DNA of 64,000 nt from Ptychomitrium polyphyllum (Eukaryota): positions 186,001-250,000 of the forward strand of contig OZ316775.1 in NCBI GenBank assembly GCA_973851085.1, read 5' to 3'. The translations under genes and the position numbers were made by a program. Shown here piece after piece: positions 40,039 through 54,277 of the stretch (position 1 is its first letter; every line of letters begins with the position of its first letter). A model generated the notes under the pieces. It saw nothing but the letters and a program-made list of their open reading frames with translations, was not told where the DNA came from and made no database searches.

Positions 40039-43000
40039 AGAGACATGGCCCTTGGAATTTTCTCCATTTGATCTCTGCTCTATTTGGAAGGGCGGCTAGC
40101 TTGTTTACTGTAATCAGTCCCTTTAATTGTGTTCATGTTACTTCATGTAAATTAATTTGGGTACCAATGTCAAATAGGAGGTGCTTTATGCACTTTGGGG
40201 AGGGGGAACAAAGGTTGATTGCTCTTGTATATCGTACGTCAGTCGAATTCATTGTGAACTCCAAGGTTATCTTGCTGAAAAATCTACAGGAAGATGCTGG
40301 GCATTGATTTTTTAATATTGTTTTGTACATATAGGGTCGTGGATTAGACAAGGTGAACCATCGATTACCTATTGTGGTCATTGTTACTGTTATTATTTCA
40401 CATATAAGCTGATGTGGGTCAAGCACATTATTACTCATGTATTCAAGTAGATTAGACTAGCATTGTCTATTTATCTCCTTTGACCATTGGATTAGTTATT
40501 TTAGTCTGGTCCAGGGCTATACTATTTCTCTTGAAGGTCATTCGTTCTTCGAACCTGTAAGGAATTTTGCATCATTTCAGGAATGTTATTTGATCAAAAC
40601 TCTGGAGATTGTTTCATAAATGGCTCATATAAGGATTATCTATCTATTGTAAGACTAAGAAATGGAGGTTCATAGTGACCAAAAAGAGAAGAAAATCTTC
40701 CAAGGTATTTTGGGGATGTCCAAAAGATTCAGCCAATTCTTTAGTTAAAAATTTGACAAAGTATGTAATACCTTTTGAAATGTTCCAGCTGCACTACTTT
40801 ATTTGCATAAATAACCCTCAAATTCAGGTCATAGTTTCAAAAATCATAAAATTCCAAATCTGCATCTCTTTACATCGAGAGCTTTCCAATAGTACCAAGT
40901 TATAACTAAAACAAATTTGTCCTTAATATTTTCATTATGACTATATTCAAGTATATATATTTTTCACAAAGCCAATTTTGCTCTGATATTAATTTAGAAG
41001 CGGCCTTTGTATTATTAAATCATAGATTTAAATGATACAACAAATTCAAAAAAATCACAAAATTAAGAGCATTATATTTGATAACTTTCAAGCATTTTTT
41101 TAATAAAATGATGATAAAATTTGATTTAAAACCAAATTAAGTATGAATATTGAATTTTAGGGTTCAAATTGTATGATAAATATTAGTGATAACAATAGAA
41201 TTTAAATTGAATTTTTTAAATTTCACATTTTTGTTTGAATATTAAAATTATTTGTAAATTATAAATGATATACATCTTGTTAAATTGTAGGACCCAATTA
41301 TTAAAGGATAAAATTACAAATTAAGAAAGTTCTAAGTTTTGTAGTGAATGGGAGGCATGAGATAGTGAAGCAGGCATAAGTTTTTGAACCTTAGATGATT
41401 CCATAGTAAATTAATTATAGTTCTTAGAGTTGCTACTTGTGTTTAGGTTCCAAGGAAGATTGCAATTCAAATTGCTTTTGACCTTGGAGTTTTGACAGGG
41501 GGTAGCAAGATAAAAGTCATAGCAGTCACCATTACTTTAAGGCGAAGGCAATTTGTAATTGCACATCAAAACTTAACAACTCCTCAAATCAATATGGGTC
41601 TTAAGTATTGGATAATTACATAGCAATTCAATTTTAGACCTTGAATTCTTATTTTGAATTGGTTGCAATTGTATGTTGTGTAGATTGGAGCAAAACTCCT
41701 TGTAGTGGCGGAGGGCTGAAGAACCAAAAAAGAGTTTATGGTGTAGTAATTTGGTCGATCTAGGAAATGTAATCAAACACGCTTGATAGATCCTTTCAGC
41801 ATAGATTTAGTTGAAACCACTCAACCTTGTTACATTTTCTTGTCTATATTCCAATAGTATTGTTCTAAGAAACTAAATTCTCTTACTCGTGTCACAAAAT
41901 TACATGTTTTTTCACTCATTGTAGCTAGTGTTTTTTTAAGGTCTTAGCATTTTGTTCAATAGACTACCATTGGATTGAAGTAATTCTTTTAGGCTATAGG
42001 CTCTTGCTAGAAAGCACCTTTTGGTGAAGTGGAAATGATCTTTTCATTTTTTTACTTAAAAATATAAATTCTTCATCAACAGTCATCACAGAATCCATGT
42101 GTAGATGAGTTTAAAACATGCAGTAGCAACAATTCTTCCCTCTATTCTCTCTTTTGCATACCATTTAAATTGCAAAACATACTTATTTTCCAAATCCAAT
42201 ACTCTTTGTGAGAGCAAGTTGCTAATACCTCTAGCTACTTCAATCTGTCAAACTTAGTCCCTTTATCTTTACACATATCTTCAAACTTAACATACTTAGT
42301 ACAACTACTCAAAAATAGAAGGCAATATACAATAGTGGCATCTATATAGATTCATGAAGACATAATTTTATAATTCCAAGACCAAATCAACTTCCAACAA
42401 GCCAATTACCTTTATTTAAACGCAACTACATAATATGATATAAGTTATGGAAAAAAACAACTTTAAGACAAGGATTCAAGATTCGAGGATGTGGAACATA
42501 ATATCTCTACGGAATATTACAGATAAAGAGCTATAACAAGATACAAAGATAAGGCCAGAAGATCTGAGATAGACCATAAGAGATACGTTCTCGAGACTGA
42601 AGATCCCTTCAATCGAAACTCCAATATATACTAGAATTACAAACCTAAGAACTGTCTAAGCAAACTTCTACTATATTACTTTACATTCAAAAACCTCGAC
42701 TTAATTCTTTCGAAGCTTCCAAAGTCAATGTAACTTCCTTGGAAGCTTCCAAAGCCAACGGAACTTCCTTAGAAGATTTCCAAACCTTCTAAGAACTTTT
42801 CTAGATACTTCTAATATGTATGTCCGTAACATCACCTCCTCTTCTAGCTCCAAGGTCTCCAAGGAGCATGTTGCAAGAACTGCTCAAGGTCGTAAGAAGT
42901 CAAAATTTGTCGCATGGTATCTGCAACATATTTCAATTGCCTTTCTCGATTCAAATGGTTCATGGATTCTTGTAACCACCAACAAGTGTCCAACGCCTTC

Positions 43001-43521
43001 TACTCGGAACCAAGTATGAACTTCCATATTTTTGTTGTGAAAGCGTCCTTCAAACATTGCTTATAGATAACCTTTATAAGCTGACTCCACTTCATAGACA
43101 ATTACCAACAATCTATTACTAGGTATCATTTGACATCTTCTAGGTCCAATATATTCTTCATCATGAGGTTGTCGACAAGAGCCATCTGATTAGTTTAACA
43201 CCACTAGTATGGTATCTTTACCTTGACTGTCCATATCTAATATATTGAGCTAGCCTCAAAGAACTATGATAAACTTCAAAATACAAACAATTAATTTCTA
43301 AATCATGTTTGGAGCTTTGGAAACTTATGATTTAGGAATTACTTTCTCCCATATTTAAAAGCCCAAGCGTCAAGGGCCTTTAAGATTACGCGACCTTACC
43401 AAGCCATTGTTCCTTATATTGCTACTTTTTGTTTGGATGGATGTTGTCCATGGAACTCACAGATTTTTATTGGTGAATTGGCAAGATTGTTAGTTGGCTT
43501 CTATATATGTTCACTGATGTC

Positions 43522-46500
43522 TATTGAAGAAATGCACGAAAGCTAGTACAATAAGCAAGAAGGAAGAGAGCAAGGTTGCAACAAGAGAAGTGTAGAGCAA
43601 GATAACTCCCACCTCCAAAATCCCTTTACTTATACTTGAGAGTCATCCATCAAAGTGTGCCACTTGGCGGCCATGCATTTGCCTCCACTATATGAGTGAT
43701 ATGTGGCGGCTAATCCTAACCCTAGCCGCCGTAGCCGCCACCCTAACCCTAACGGCCGCCCTAACCCTAATGGCCACCCTAACCCTAGCCACCATACAAA
43801 ACCCTTATTGCCTTTTCTTAACCCTAGCCTCCATATCCCCTATGGCCTCTTTCTTCACACCTCTTTGACCATTAGCAACATATCATGCTCTAAGCCTACA
43901 CAAGGATACTTCAACTAGGATTACTTTATATGTTTCACACTTTGCAACACTCCCACTTTGCTACTAGTCAAAGGGCCTTTAATCCAATTGACCTTGTCAA
44001 CAAATGGTATCTATCTTTTACCAATGCTTTTGTCAACAAATCAGCAAGCATGCCCTCTGTTGCACAATATCTCATATCTTAGCTTTGTTCGTGAGTGATG
44101 TGCTTTGTTCGTGAGTGATGTGCTTTGATGTGCTTTGTTCGTGAGTGATGCTTGGGATTCTTGGCAAAGGCAAGACATCCCTGATTGTCACACATGATGG
44201 ACGTTGCACCCAGTTGTACAAGTCCAATGTCCTCCAAGAATTGCCTCAGCCACATTGCTTCCATTGCACCATGACTTGCCGCCATGTACTCCGCCTCAAT
44301 GATTGACCTTGCAATTGTAGGTTGCCTCTTGCAGTTCCAAGAGATGGCTTCCACTCCAACAAAGAACACATACCTCGTTGTGGAGCGCCTATCATTTGCA
44401 TCTCCAGCCCAATCCGCATCACAAAATCCCTGCAACTCAATGTTATCACCTCCCAAACACAACACAAAATCCAAGGTGCCCTTCAAGTACCTCACGATCC
44501 TCTTGATGGTTGCCCAATGCATGGGGCCGGCCTTGGACATGTGTTGGCTCACAACACTCACTGAAAACGCAAGATCAAACCTTGTGCCCACTATGGCATA
44601 CATGAGGCACCCCACTCCGGCCTTGTAAGGAACGCCTTGCATTTCGCCCTCCACTTGAGCATATTCCTCATCACTTAGCTTCATCAACCTCAAGTTAGCC
44701 TCCAAGGGCGTTCCCACTGGCTTGCAGTCTTCCATGTTGAATTGCTTCAACACCTCTTCGATGTACTTCCTTTGGCTCATGGTGATGGTCTTCTTCGCAC
44801 GATCCCTCATAAATTCCACTCCAAGACAATAGTGTAACTCGTCCAAATCACTCATCTCAAATTCCTGGTCTAATTTGGCCTTCAACCACTTTAGCTTCTC
44901 CAAAAGGTTGGCCAACATGATCAAGTCATCCACATAGAGAATCACAATCAACAAGAATTCCATGGTTTGCATCACATACAAGGAATGATCCGCCTCACTT
45001 CTCACAAACCCTTCCTTCCTAAAGAATGCATCAATGCGTTGGTACCATGCCCTTGGTGATTGCTTAAGCCCGTACAAGGCCTTCTTCAACTTGCAAACAA
45101 GGTGTTCCAAGCCTTCAAGTACAAACCCTAGAGGTTGCTCCATGTAGATGTCTTCTTCCAAGTCTCCATTTAGTAAGGCCGTCTTCACATCTATCTGGTG
45201 CACCTCCAAGTTCATTGCCGCCGCTATGGCTAAGATGGTCCTAATGGTGGTGAACTTGGCCACAGGTGCAAAGGTCTCATTGAAGTCCACACCAGCAACT
45301 TGTGAGTATCCTTTGGCAACTAGCCTTGCCTTGTGCCTCACAATTGCACCCGAAGCATCTTTCTTGGTTTTAAACACCTACTTGCAACCTATGGAAGAAC
45401 GATTTGGAAGAAGTTGAGTCAAGTGCCATGTGCCATTGTCCATGAGCGACTTGTACTCCTCTTCCATGGCCTTCTCCCACTTCATTGCATCCGTGGACTT
45501 CAAGGCATCGCACATAGTTAAAGGATCAACAAGGAGGGCAACATTGGCATGTTCTGCACTCACTTTTGGAAAGATGTGGTTCTTCCACCATTCACCAAGT
45601 GGCCTCCTCTCCCTCATGGGGTACCTCCGACCATTCATTGCAGGCGTCTCTTTTTGTAATGCATCCACTTCTCCGTCACTTAAAGGTTGATCCTTCTCAC
45701 TTGGATGAAGATGCTCACCATCATCTTGTGAGGCTCCTCTGCTGGTCTTAAGGGTGGAAGTCGCCTTGCTCTCTCCCTCCATTGTTCCTTCACCTCCATC
45801 CACATCTCCACCTTCATCCTTGGTTGTTGTGGAAGATGTGTCCACAATCACACCATTACTCCCACTTGGACACATCCCCAAGTGCTCACAAGCACTCTTG
45901 TGCTCCAAGAACTCAACATCACGGCTCTTGATGATCTTCTTGCTCTCTACACACATCAACCTATATGCTTTGCTGCCCTCACAATAACCAAAGAACACAC
46001 ACTTTGTACCCTTTGCATCAAGCTTGGACCTCATGCAATCTGAAACCTTTGCATATGCAAGGCATCCGAAGGTCCTCATGTGTGAAACACAAGGCTTTTT
46101 ACCACTCCAAGTTTCTTCAGGGATCATGGATGTAAGGGCATTTGTGGGGCACCTATTTCTTGTGTATACCACATTCACCACTGCTTCCGCCCACAACTCA
46201 TGTCCAAGATGTTGAGCATGAAGCATGCTCCTCGCCATCTCCACAATGGTGCGATTTGCCCTCTCAGCAACTCCATTTTGTTGTGGAGTGTATAGAGTGG
46301 AGGTTTGCCTTGCAATGCCTTCACTCCTCAAGAAGTCATCAAAACATTTGGATAAGAACTCACTACCATTATCCGAACGCAACACCTTGATCTTGGACTC
46401 ATATTGCTTCTCCACAAGCGCCTTGAACTCCTTGAATCTTGCAAAGCACTTGCTCTTGGCCTTGAGAATGAACACCCATACTTTCCTCAAATAATCATCA

Positions 46501-49056
46501 ATGAAGGTGAGGAAGTACCTTGCTCCCCCAATGGATGGAGTCCTCATAGGCCTACACACGTCGGAATGCACAATCTCCAACAATTTGCTTGCACGAGTTG
46601 CCACTCCACTTGGAAACGACGCCCTTTGCTGCTTGCCTTGGATGCAAGCCTCACAACCAAGTTCTTTTGCCTTGTGGCATGTTGTACCGAGATCCAAGCC
46701 GCTTACCATGCCTTGGAGCTCCTTCATGGCCTTCACATTAAGGTGCCCAAGGCGCCCATGCCATATGCCAAACTTGTCTTGGTCTTCAATGAACTCAGCA
46801 AAGGCCGCCACCTCCACTCCATTCACCTTCTTACACTTGATGAAGTACAAGTTGCCATCCCTCAACCCCGTGGCAACAACATCTCCACTCAATGACTTCA
46901 CAATACATCCATTCACATTGAAATGAGCCACAAACCCTCCCATCACAAGTTTGCTCACCGAAAGGAGGTTGGACTTCATCTTTGGCACATGCAGCACGTC
47001 CTTGAAGGTGATCCTCTTGGTCTTGCCTCCAACAACAACCTCCACCACAATGGAACCCATTCCAATGGCCTCCACCACGCCATTGCCACCCATGAGCACA
47101 CTAGTGGCTGCAATTGCCTCATAAGTATGGAATGAGCACTTGTAAGGAGTCATGTGCTTTGTAGCGCCCGAATCAACTATCCACTTGGATAGGGCCGCCA
47201 TAGGCGCCCCTTCGCTTGCCATGAAGGCACAATCACCACCTCCAAGGTGGTCCATCACATGGTTGGCATCTTCCCTCTTTTTTCTCTTGGCCTTGTAGCA
47301 ATTTCGAGCAAAATGACCTGGTTTTCCACACACAAAGCACGTTCAAAGATTTGGACGTTGATTAGAGTAGGTGGCCTTGCCTTGCCTCGAGAAGAGGGCG
47401 GAGTCCTCACTTGAATTCGCCTTCTCCTTCCTCTTGGTGTCCTCGTGGCTCAATCTTGCCGTCACATAGTCCATGGTGAGGTCCTTGATGGGAATGGACT
47501 CCAAGGCCACTATGAGATAGCTATAGGACTTCGGCAAGTTCATGAGCAATGTAATCACAACATCCAACTCCTCCAATGGCTAGTCCACAATGGCAAGTTG
47601 CCTTGCAAGGGCCTTCAACTTGTTCACATGCGCCATGAGGTCGTGGCCTTCTTCCATCTTGCAGTTCAAGAGCTTCCTCTTTGTGAAGATGATGTTGGAG
47701 AGGTTCTTGCTCTCATAGATGTTGCAAAGCGTCTTGGGCATCTTGGGCACCTTAATGTGAACTTAAGGCATCCATGACCCCTGAAGAAACTTGGAGTGGT
47801 AAAAAGCCTTGTGTTTCACACATGAGGACCTTCGGATGCCTTGCATATGCAAAGGTTTCAGATTGCATGAGGTCCAAGCTTGATGCAAAGGGTACAAAGT
47901 GTGTGTTCTTTGGTTATTGTGAGGGCAGCAAAGCATATAGGTTGATGTGTGTAGAGAGCAAGAAGATCATCAAGAGCCGTGATGTTGAGTTCTTGGAGCA
48001 CAAGAGTGCTTGTGAGCACTTGGGGATGTGTCCAAGTGGGAGTAATGGTGTGATTGTGGACACATCTTCCACAACAACCAAGGATGAAGGTAGAGATGTG
48101 GATGGAAGTGAAGGAACAATGGAGGGGGAGAGCAAGGCGACTTCCACCCTTAAAACCTTCACCTTCATTCAAAGCCATGCCTTAAGAAGAGAGGTAACAA
48201 AACAAACCTTCAAACAAACTATTTCTTTGACTCTTATGCTTCTCACAAGTCTTCACAACTATGAGTCCCAAAAAAAAACCTTTCAACTCACTATGTCCAT
48301 TCAATAAGCACACTTATCAATGAACTCACAAGACAACAACACCAAGCACAACAAAATGGTGTTAAGGAGCTTGAATCCAACAAAGACACTATCAAGGTCT
48401 TATCACCACTCAAAGCAACTCACTATCCAAGGAGTTTTAACAACCACAATCCTACTAGAGCTCAAGAAACATCAAACCAAGCACCTACAAGTGCAAAACA
48501 TCAAAGTTAGGTGTCTCTAACTCTATCTTCAATAACTATGAAGCGATCTTGCTCCACATAAGAACAACAACTACAAACACTTCAAGCTACTTCAAAAGGC
48601 ACAACTAAGTGTGAGTGGGCCCATAACCTATTGCAGAAATGCAACAAAGCTAGTACCATAAGCAAGAAGGAAGAGAGCAAGGTTGCAACAAGAGAAGTGT
48701 AGAGCAAGATAACTCCCACCTCCAAAACCCCTTTACTTATACTTGAGAGTCATCCACCAAAGTGTGCCACTTGGCGGCCATGCATTTTCCTCCACTATAT
48801 GAATGACATGTGGCGGCTAATCCTAACCCTAGCCGCCGTAGCCACCACCCTAACCCTAACGGCCGCCCTAACCCTAATGGCCACCCTAACCCTAGCCACC
48901 ATACAAAACCCTTATTGCCTTTTCTTAATCCTAGCCTCCATATCCCCTATGGCCTCTTTCTTCACACCTCTTTGACCATTAGCAACATATCATGCTCTAA
49001 GCCTACACAAGGATACTTCAACTAGGATTACTTTAACTATTTCAAACTTTGCAACA
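43522..49056 (-). mobile_element. Mirror copy of the Copia element
   Basis: Same LTR-specific variants, TSD, stops and internal rearrangements as 19777-25311. Two amino-acid-changing SNPs in RT (K/E, M/V). Confidence 0.96.
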
Positions 49057-49493
49057 ATATCATAACCGCACCAATGTACTAAGTATTCTAACTTTCCACA
49101 ACGTATACCGTGAATCAAGCACTTCTTCTACTTCAAATTCATGATGATCGTCAATTTTGACTGCAGGTGGTGGCAGCTGCCTTCGTCCAAGGATACTTGA
49201 TTCCTTATAAGTTTCACTCAAAAGTGAAACGTAGAAGATGAGATGTACTTTTATTGATGTTGGTAGTTCCAAATGATATGCCACGTGGTTGGCTTGTTTT
49301 TTGATTGCAAATGGTCCCAATCTGCAATAATCCAGTTTGTCACATGGTCTACTGGTTTTTATATTGCGTCAAAAGAACTACACCTTCTCACCAACTTGGA
49401 ATGGAGGTTGTTCTTTCCTTGTTGCATCTGCTGTTGTCTTGAATTGTTTCCGAGCTTCTTCTAATTAAGTCTTCATGGTTGTTTGAAGCTTTG

Positions 49494-51031
49494 TGTGAGC
49501 TGTTGAATCAGCTCATTATAGATTTTCTTTTAAAAAAATGACAAAATTCAACATTGTAGAAGATATTAGTTCTAATTAGGGCAAAAGAAGTTGGATTGTA
49601 GTTGTTATTAAAGGAAGTAAAGGGCAATTGGGTAGATGGTCATGGTCCATGACCCTTAAGGCCAATGCAATAATGGAATTATGGAAAGAAAGATGAATTC
49701 TACACTTGGATACATTTATTGCAGATTTTAGAATTGCAGCTTATTTTAGAATGATAGTCAAAATCTAGAACAGTTGTTGATTTTAGAGTTGCAGCTATAT
49801 TTAAAAATTCTAGAGTTAAAAAAAATTATTGTTACAATTCGGTTAGAAAATTCAAGAACTGAAGGAGGGCATTTAAGGAGTAGTTAGAGTAGTTTGAAGG
49901 AGGTTTGGAAGAGTTAGATTTTAGAGAATTGGAATTACAAGGAATTAGGTTAGTAATGGAGAAAGGAGGAAGAAGAAGCTTCTTGAGGAAAATAACCTTA
50001 GAAGAAGAGATTCTCTTAGGAAGTTAGTTTGCAGAGAAAAAAGAAAAATTTATAAAACAAAATTTAGAAGAGGAGGAGAAGCAAGAATTTGAAAGAGAAA
50101 AATAAAATAGTTTTTTTAGCAACAGCTGTACGAGACATGAGAATTAGATTTAAAAAAACAAAAATAAAAATAGAAGTAGTGGCAATAGTAGAGTGAAAAA
50201 CAAAATTCATGAGGGATTGGGAAATCAATACAATAATTAGAGTAGCAAGAGAATATACACAGTGAGAATTGGTGGGAAGAATAAAATTAGTAAAATGAAA
50301 AGTCAATCACAGATCAACAGCTTGATATGAAGGAAGGTGAATAAGTGAGTGTGCAGCTCGAAGGAAAGTCCATCACAGATTACAGAAGGGAATGTAATTG
50401 AAGTCGGGAAACTTCAAATTTAGAAACAATTGTAGGCCCCATTAGGAACAAGGAGAAGCAAGGAACAGTCAGCTGCAGCAATGGCACCTCTGAAGAGTTC
50501 AACGGTGCAACTTTAGCAGAGCAAAATAATAGACTGACAAGCGAATCAAGCAAACCAACAACAGAATTAGTAATGACAGGGTAGCGAGAACAAATGAAGT
50601 AGCTTTGGCGCAAAAAACCAGCCAAACAAGAGCTGGCAAGATTAATAGATAATTTTAGAGGCTAGTCAGGCATCACTATTTAGGTGATGTATGGGTAATG
50701 TCCAAAGCCTCACTATTAGAGTTTGTATTAAAATTGATAGGATAAATGTTTAAGTGGTAACTAGCATTAGTTAGTTAAAAGCATTTCCTACTTGTAAGGG
50801 AATATTTAAAAGTTACTTCATAACATGGTATTAGTTGGTTGGATCACATTAAAATTATATGTGCGTGCTAACCAAGAGTAAGACCAAATTAATTAGTAAT
50901 TTAACTTGTGAGGAAGGTAATTATCTTACAAAATATTAAATTTACCACAACGCAATTATAAAACTACACATATAACTAGGATGTGTGAATGACTAGGTCT
51001 TCCAATTAGCAAAGGCCTATTTTGGTTCACA
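49494..51031. mobile_element. Mirror copy of the 1.54-kb TGTGA...TCACA insertion
   Basis: Reverse complement of 17802-19339. Confidence 0.7.
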
Positions 51032-53113
51032 CTCTACCATCTTTGTGGCAATTTCCTCTACTGATGGATTCTCATATCATAGAGGCTGTAATATATCCAT
51101 CTTAGGATGATATCCATAGTTGGAGTAAAATGGCGTTTGTTACGTGGAATTGTTAGTGGTGTTGCTACAGGCAAATTCAGCTAATGACAAGAATGAAGTC
51201 CAGTCATCTTGTTGGTGGTTGATGGTACACCTCAAATATTGCTCCAAGATCTGGTTGACTTGCTCTGTTTGGCCATCGATTTGAGGATGGAATGCAGAAA
51301 AAAGTTTTATGTCCACGTTAAGGATTTCAAAGAACAACTTCCAAAATCTTGATACAAACTGTGGTCCACAATCCGATATAATATTGTCGGGTAATCTATA
51401 CTAACAATAGACATTATCCATGAAGAGTGTGGCAGCCTCTTCACCGGTAATTGTCTTCTTGCAATATACAAAATGTGCCATCTTAGTCAATTGGTCTACC
51501 ACAACGAAGATGGTATCAAAAGAATTTGACGGTGGAAGATTTATAATGAAATCCATTGAAACAGACGACCACGATTGCTTTGGAATAGGCAGTGGTTGGA
51601 AAAGTCCATATGGATGGTGTCAAGGGTTTTGGATCTAGAGTAAGTATCACACAAGAGTACAAATTCCTTAACGGCCTTCCACATTTGAGGCCATTAAAAC
51701 TCTCAAGAGAGAACTTCCAAGGTTTTGTTGAATCCAAAATGTCTAGCCATAGAAAAGTCATAATGTATTTGAAGTATACAAAGGCGAGCTGATCCTTCAG
51801 GAATATATAGACGTTCTTCAAAATAGAAAAGGTTGTCTTCTAATTTGATCTTAGTCGCATCTTCAAGGAGGTTGTTGGAACGACGTTTGATATCAAGAAT
51901 AAGAGGGTCCTTGGTAGATGCCGCACACACTTGGTCAAGGAACAATGAATCCACCGGAGTTGAAATGGTGGTTGTGCGTATACAAAACCGTTTGGGTTTC
52001 AACAAAGTTGCTCATTGTTGATCGTGTGCTGTCTCTTCCTCCTTTGGCGCAAAGTATGATTGCCTTGATAAAGCATCCGATAACCTTTGTTGTTTTCCGG
52101 GTCGATATGTGATGCAAAAATCAAATCGAGATAGAGACATATTCCAACGAGCTTGGCGGCGATTCAAAACACGGGCTAATATGAAATATTCTAAGTTCTT
52201 GTGATCTGTATATACAATCATTGGATGTGCGGCACCTTCAAGCAAGTGACGCCATTCTTGGAAGGAATCCACAATTGCAAGAAATTCTTTGTTGTGGATT
52301 TTGTAGTTGATTTCTGTAGCTGAAACTTTCTGGAATGGAATGCAATTGGATGGAGTTTCCCTTCTCCTCCCATATGTCACAAAATTGCTCCTAGTGCAAA
52401 GTTGGAAGCATTTGTTTCAAGACAAAATTGCTTTGAAAAGTCCGGATGGACCAAGATAAGAGTTGTGGTAAAAGCTTGTTTCAAATTTTGGAATGCATCT
52501 TCAGCCTTGGATCCCCACTCAAGCTTTTCCTTGCATATTAGTTGCGTGAGTGGTGTAGCTATTGATAATAGTCCTTGATGAAGATCCTATAAAAGATTGC
52601 AAATCTAAGAAAACATTAGACATCACGTATCGATTTTGGCCTCGTCCAATTGCTAACTGCTTTGATTTTTTTTGGATCCATCAATAGTCCTTTGTTAAAG
52701 ATGATATATCCAAGGAATTCCACCTCAGGTTTGTGGAATACACATCTCTCTAGCTTGGCATACAAACTGGCATTTTGTAGCTTTGTAGGACTATGCGGAC
52801 ATGTCGTTCATGTTCCTTTGGACTCTATGAATACATCAAGATATCATCAAAATAGCATACGATAAAATCATCCAGGTACACCCAAAATATGCCATTCATC
52901 AGGTGCTGAAATTTGGTGAGTGCGTTGATAAGTCAAAAAGGCATGGAATTGTATTTGAAACAACCATACTTTGTTTGAAATGTTGTCTTGCATTTGTCTC
53001 CTTCTTTAATGCGCATTAAATTGTAGGCTCCTCGTAGGTCTATTTTGGTATAGATCTTTGCTTGGCCAAGTTGATCAAGAAGTCCAGGTATTAGCGGCAA
53101 TGGATATCGGTTC

Positions 53114-54277
53114 TATTGCGCACCTCTCCTTGAGGAGTGCCCGCAACACTAAGAGGCACAAGGGGGATCCCGGAGTGACGTTTGGAACTTGTGGCGCCGA
53201 TAGTGGAGTGGATCGAGTAGGCCTAGTGTAGGAAAGATCCTAGGAGGGAGAAACATCCTTGCCCATGTAGACCAAAGGCCACAAGGGAGAAATTGTAGGC
53301 ATTAGAAGATTTATGACAAGTTGATTTTAGAATGCTAAAGATTTCTCAAATCGGACAAGAAAGCTAAAAGATATGGCACCCCAAAGTTAGAGCTACCAAG
53401 GGGCTGTTCTGGACTATGGCAGCCCTTAGACAGTGATTGTACTGGACTGGGACAGTCCATGGAGGGACTCCCTGGGAGTTCCAAACCTTGGGAGAGGCAT
53501 ATCTCCTAGAATACCAAGTCAAATCGGACGTTTGAAAAGTCTTTTGGCATCTACGCAAAGACCAGATTACAATAGAGTGGTTGTTTGGTAGATTGAAACA
53601 CCGAACGTGGAAGATATGGCTCCCTAAAGGTCCTTAGGAAGTCTCGGAGGCTTTCAGCGGCTAAGTTCTAAGCGAGATCGGGTGGTCTTTTAAAGTTTTC
53701 GGTGTATTGGAGTTCAGCCAGTTATAGAGGGCCAGGGAACTTGCCAACTCCCACAAAGAGTATTATAGGGAAGACTGGTTTCCCTCCCCACTCCCCTAGT
53801 GTTGCGGTAAGAACCAAGAGTGAATTCCAATTGGTGGAGCTAGTATTGGGGCTTTACCACAAGGACTCCCACACCATTGTGAGCCGGTAGTTGACCGGTT
53901 TTACAAAGGGAACTAGTGAGATTAAAAAGGCACGCTTGTTACCACTAAGTTGGGATGGTATCTTCACACCAGCACCAAGATAGTTCAGGGTGATCTTAGG
54001 ATTACATGGGGATCATGAGTGGTTGTGAGGAGACACACTAAGGGCGATTAGGCCATGTGGAATGGAAGTAACATCAAATGAGGCCTTGGACATGAATAGA
54101 AGTCCACATCTAACTATTGGCTACCAATCAATTGGGTGTTCTAAAAAAAATGGTAGATGGAATTGGAAACTAAGCCTGGGACTTGGAAAGTGAAAATGGA
54201 AGTTAACCATGTACATGTGGGTGTGTGCAGGATTGACGCGCATGACGTTGTTAAGATGCATTACAAAAGTTGTGGCA
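53114..54277 (+). mobile_element. Mirror copy of solo LTR 14556-15719
   Basis: Reverse complement, with TSD GGTTC. Confidence 0.92.

Noticed and set aside
43522..49056. Second Copia copy as an independent recent transposition
   Set aside because: It shares flanks, TSD, LTR-specific differences and stop codons with the first copy, so it was copied as part of the segment.
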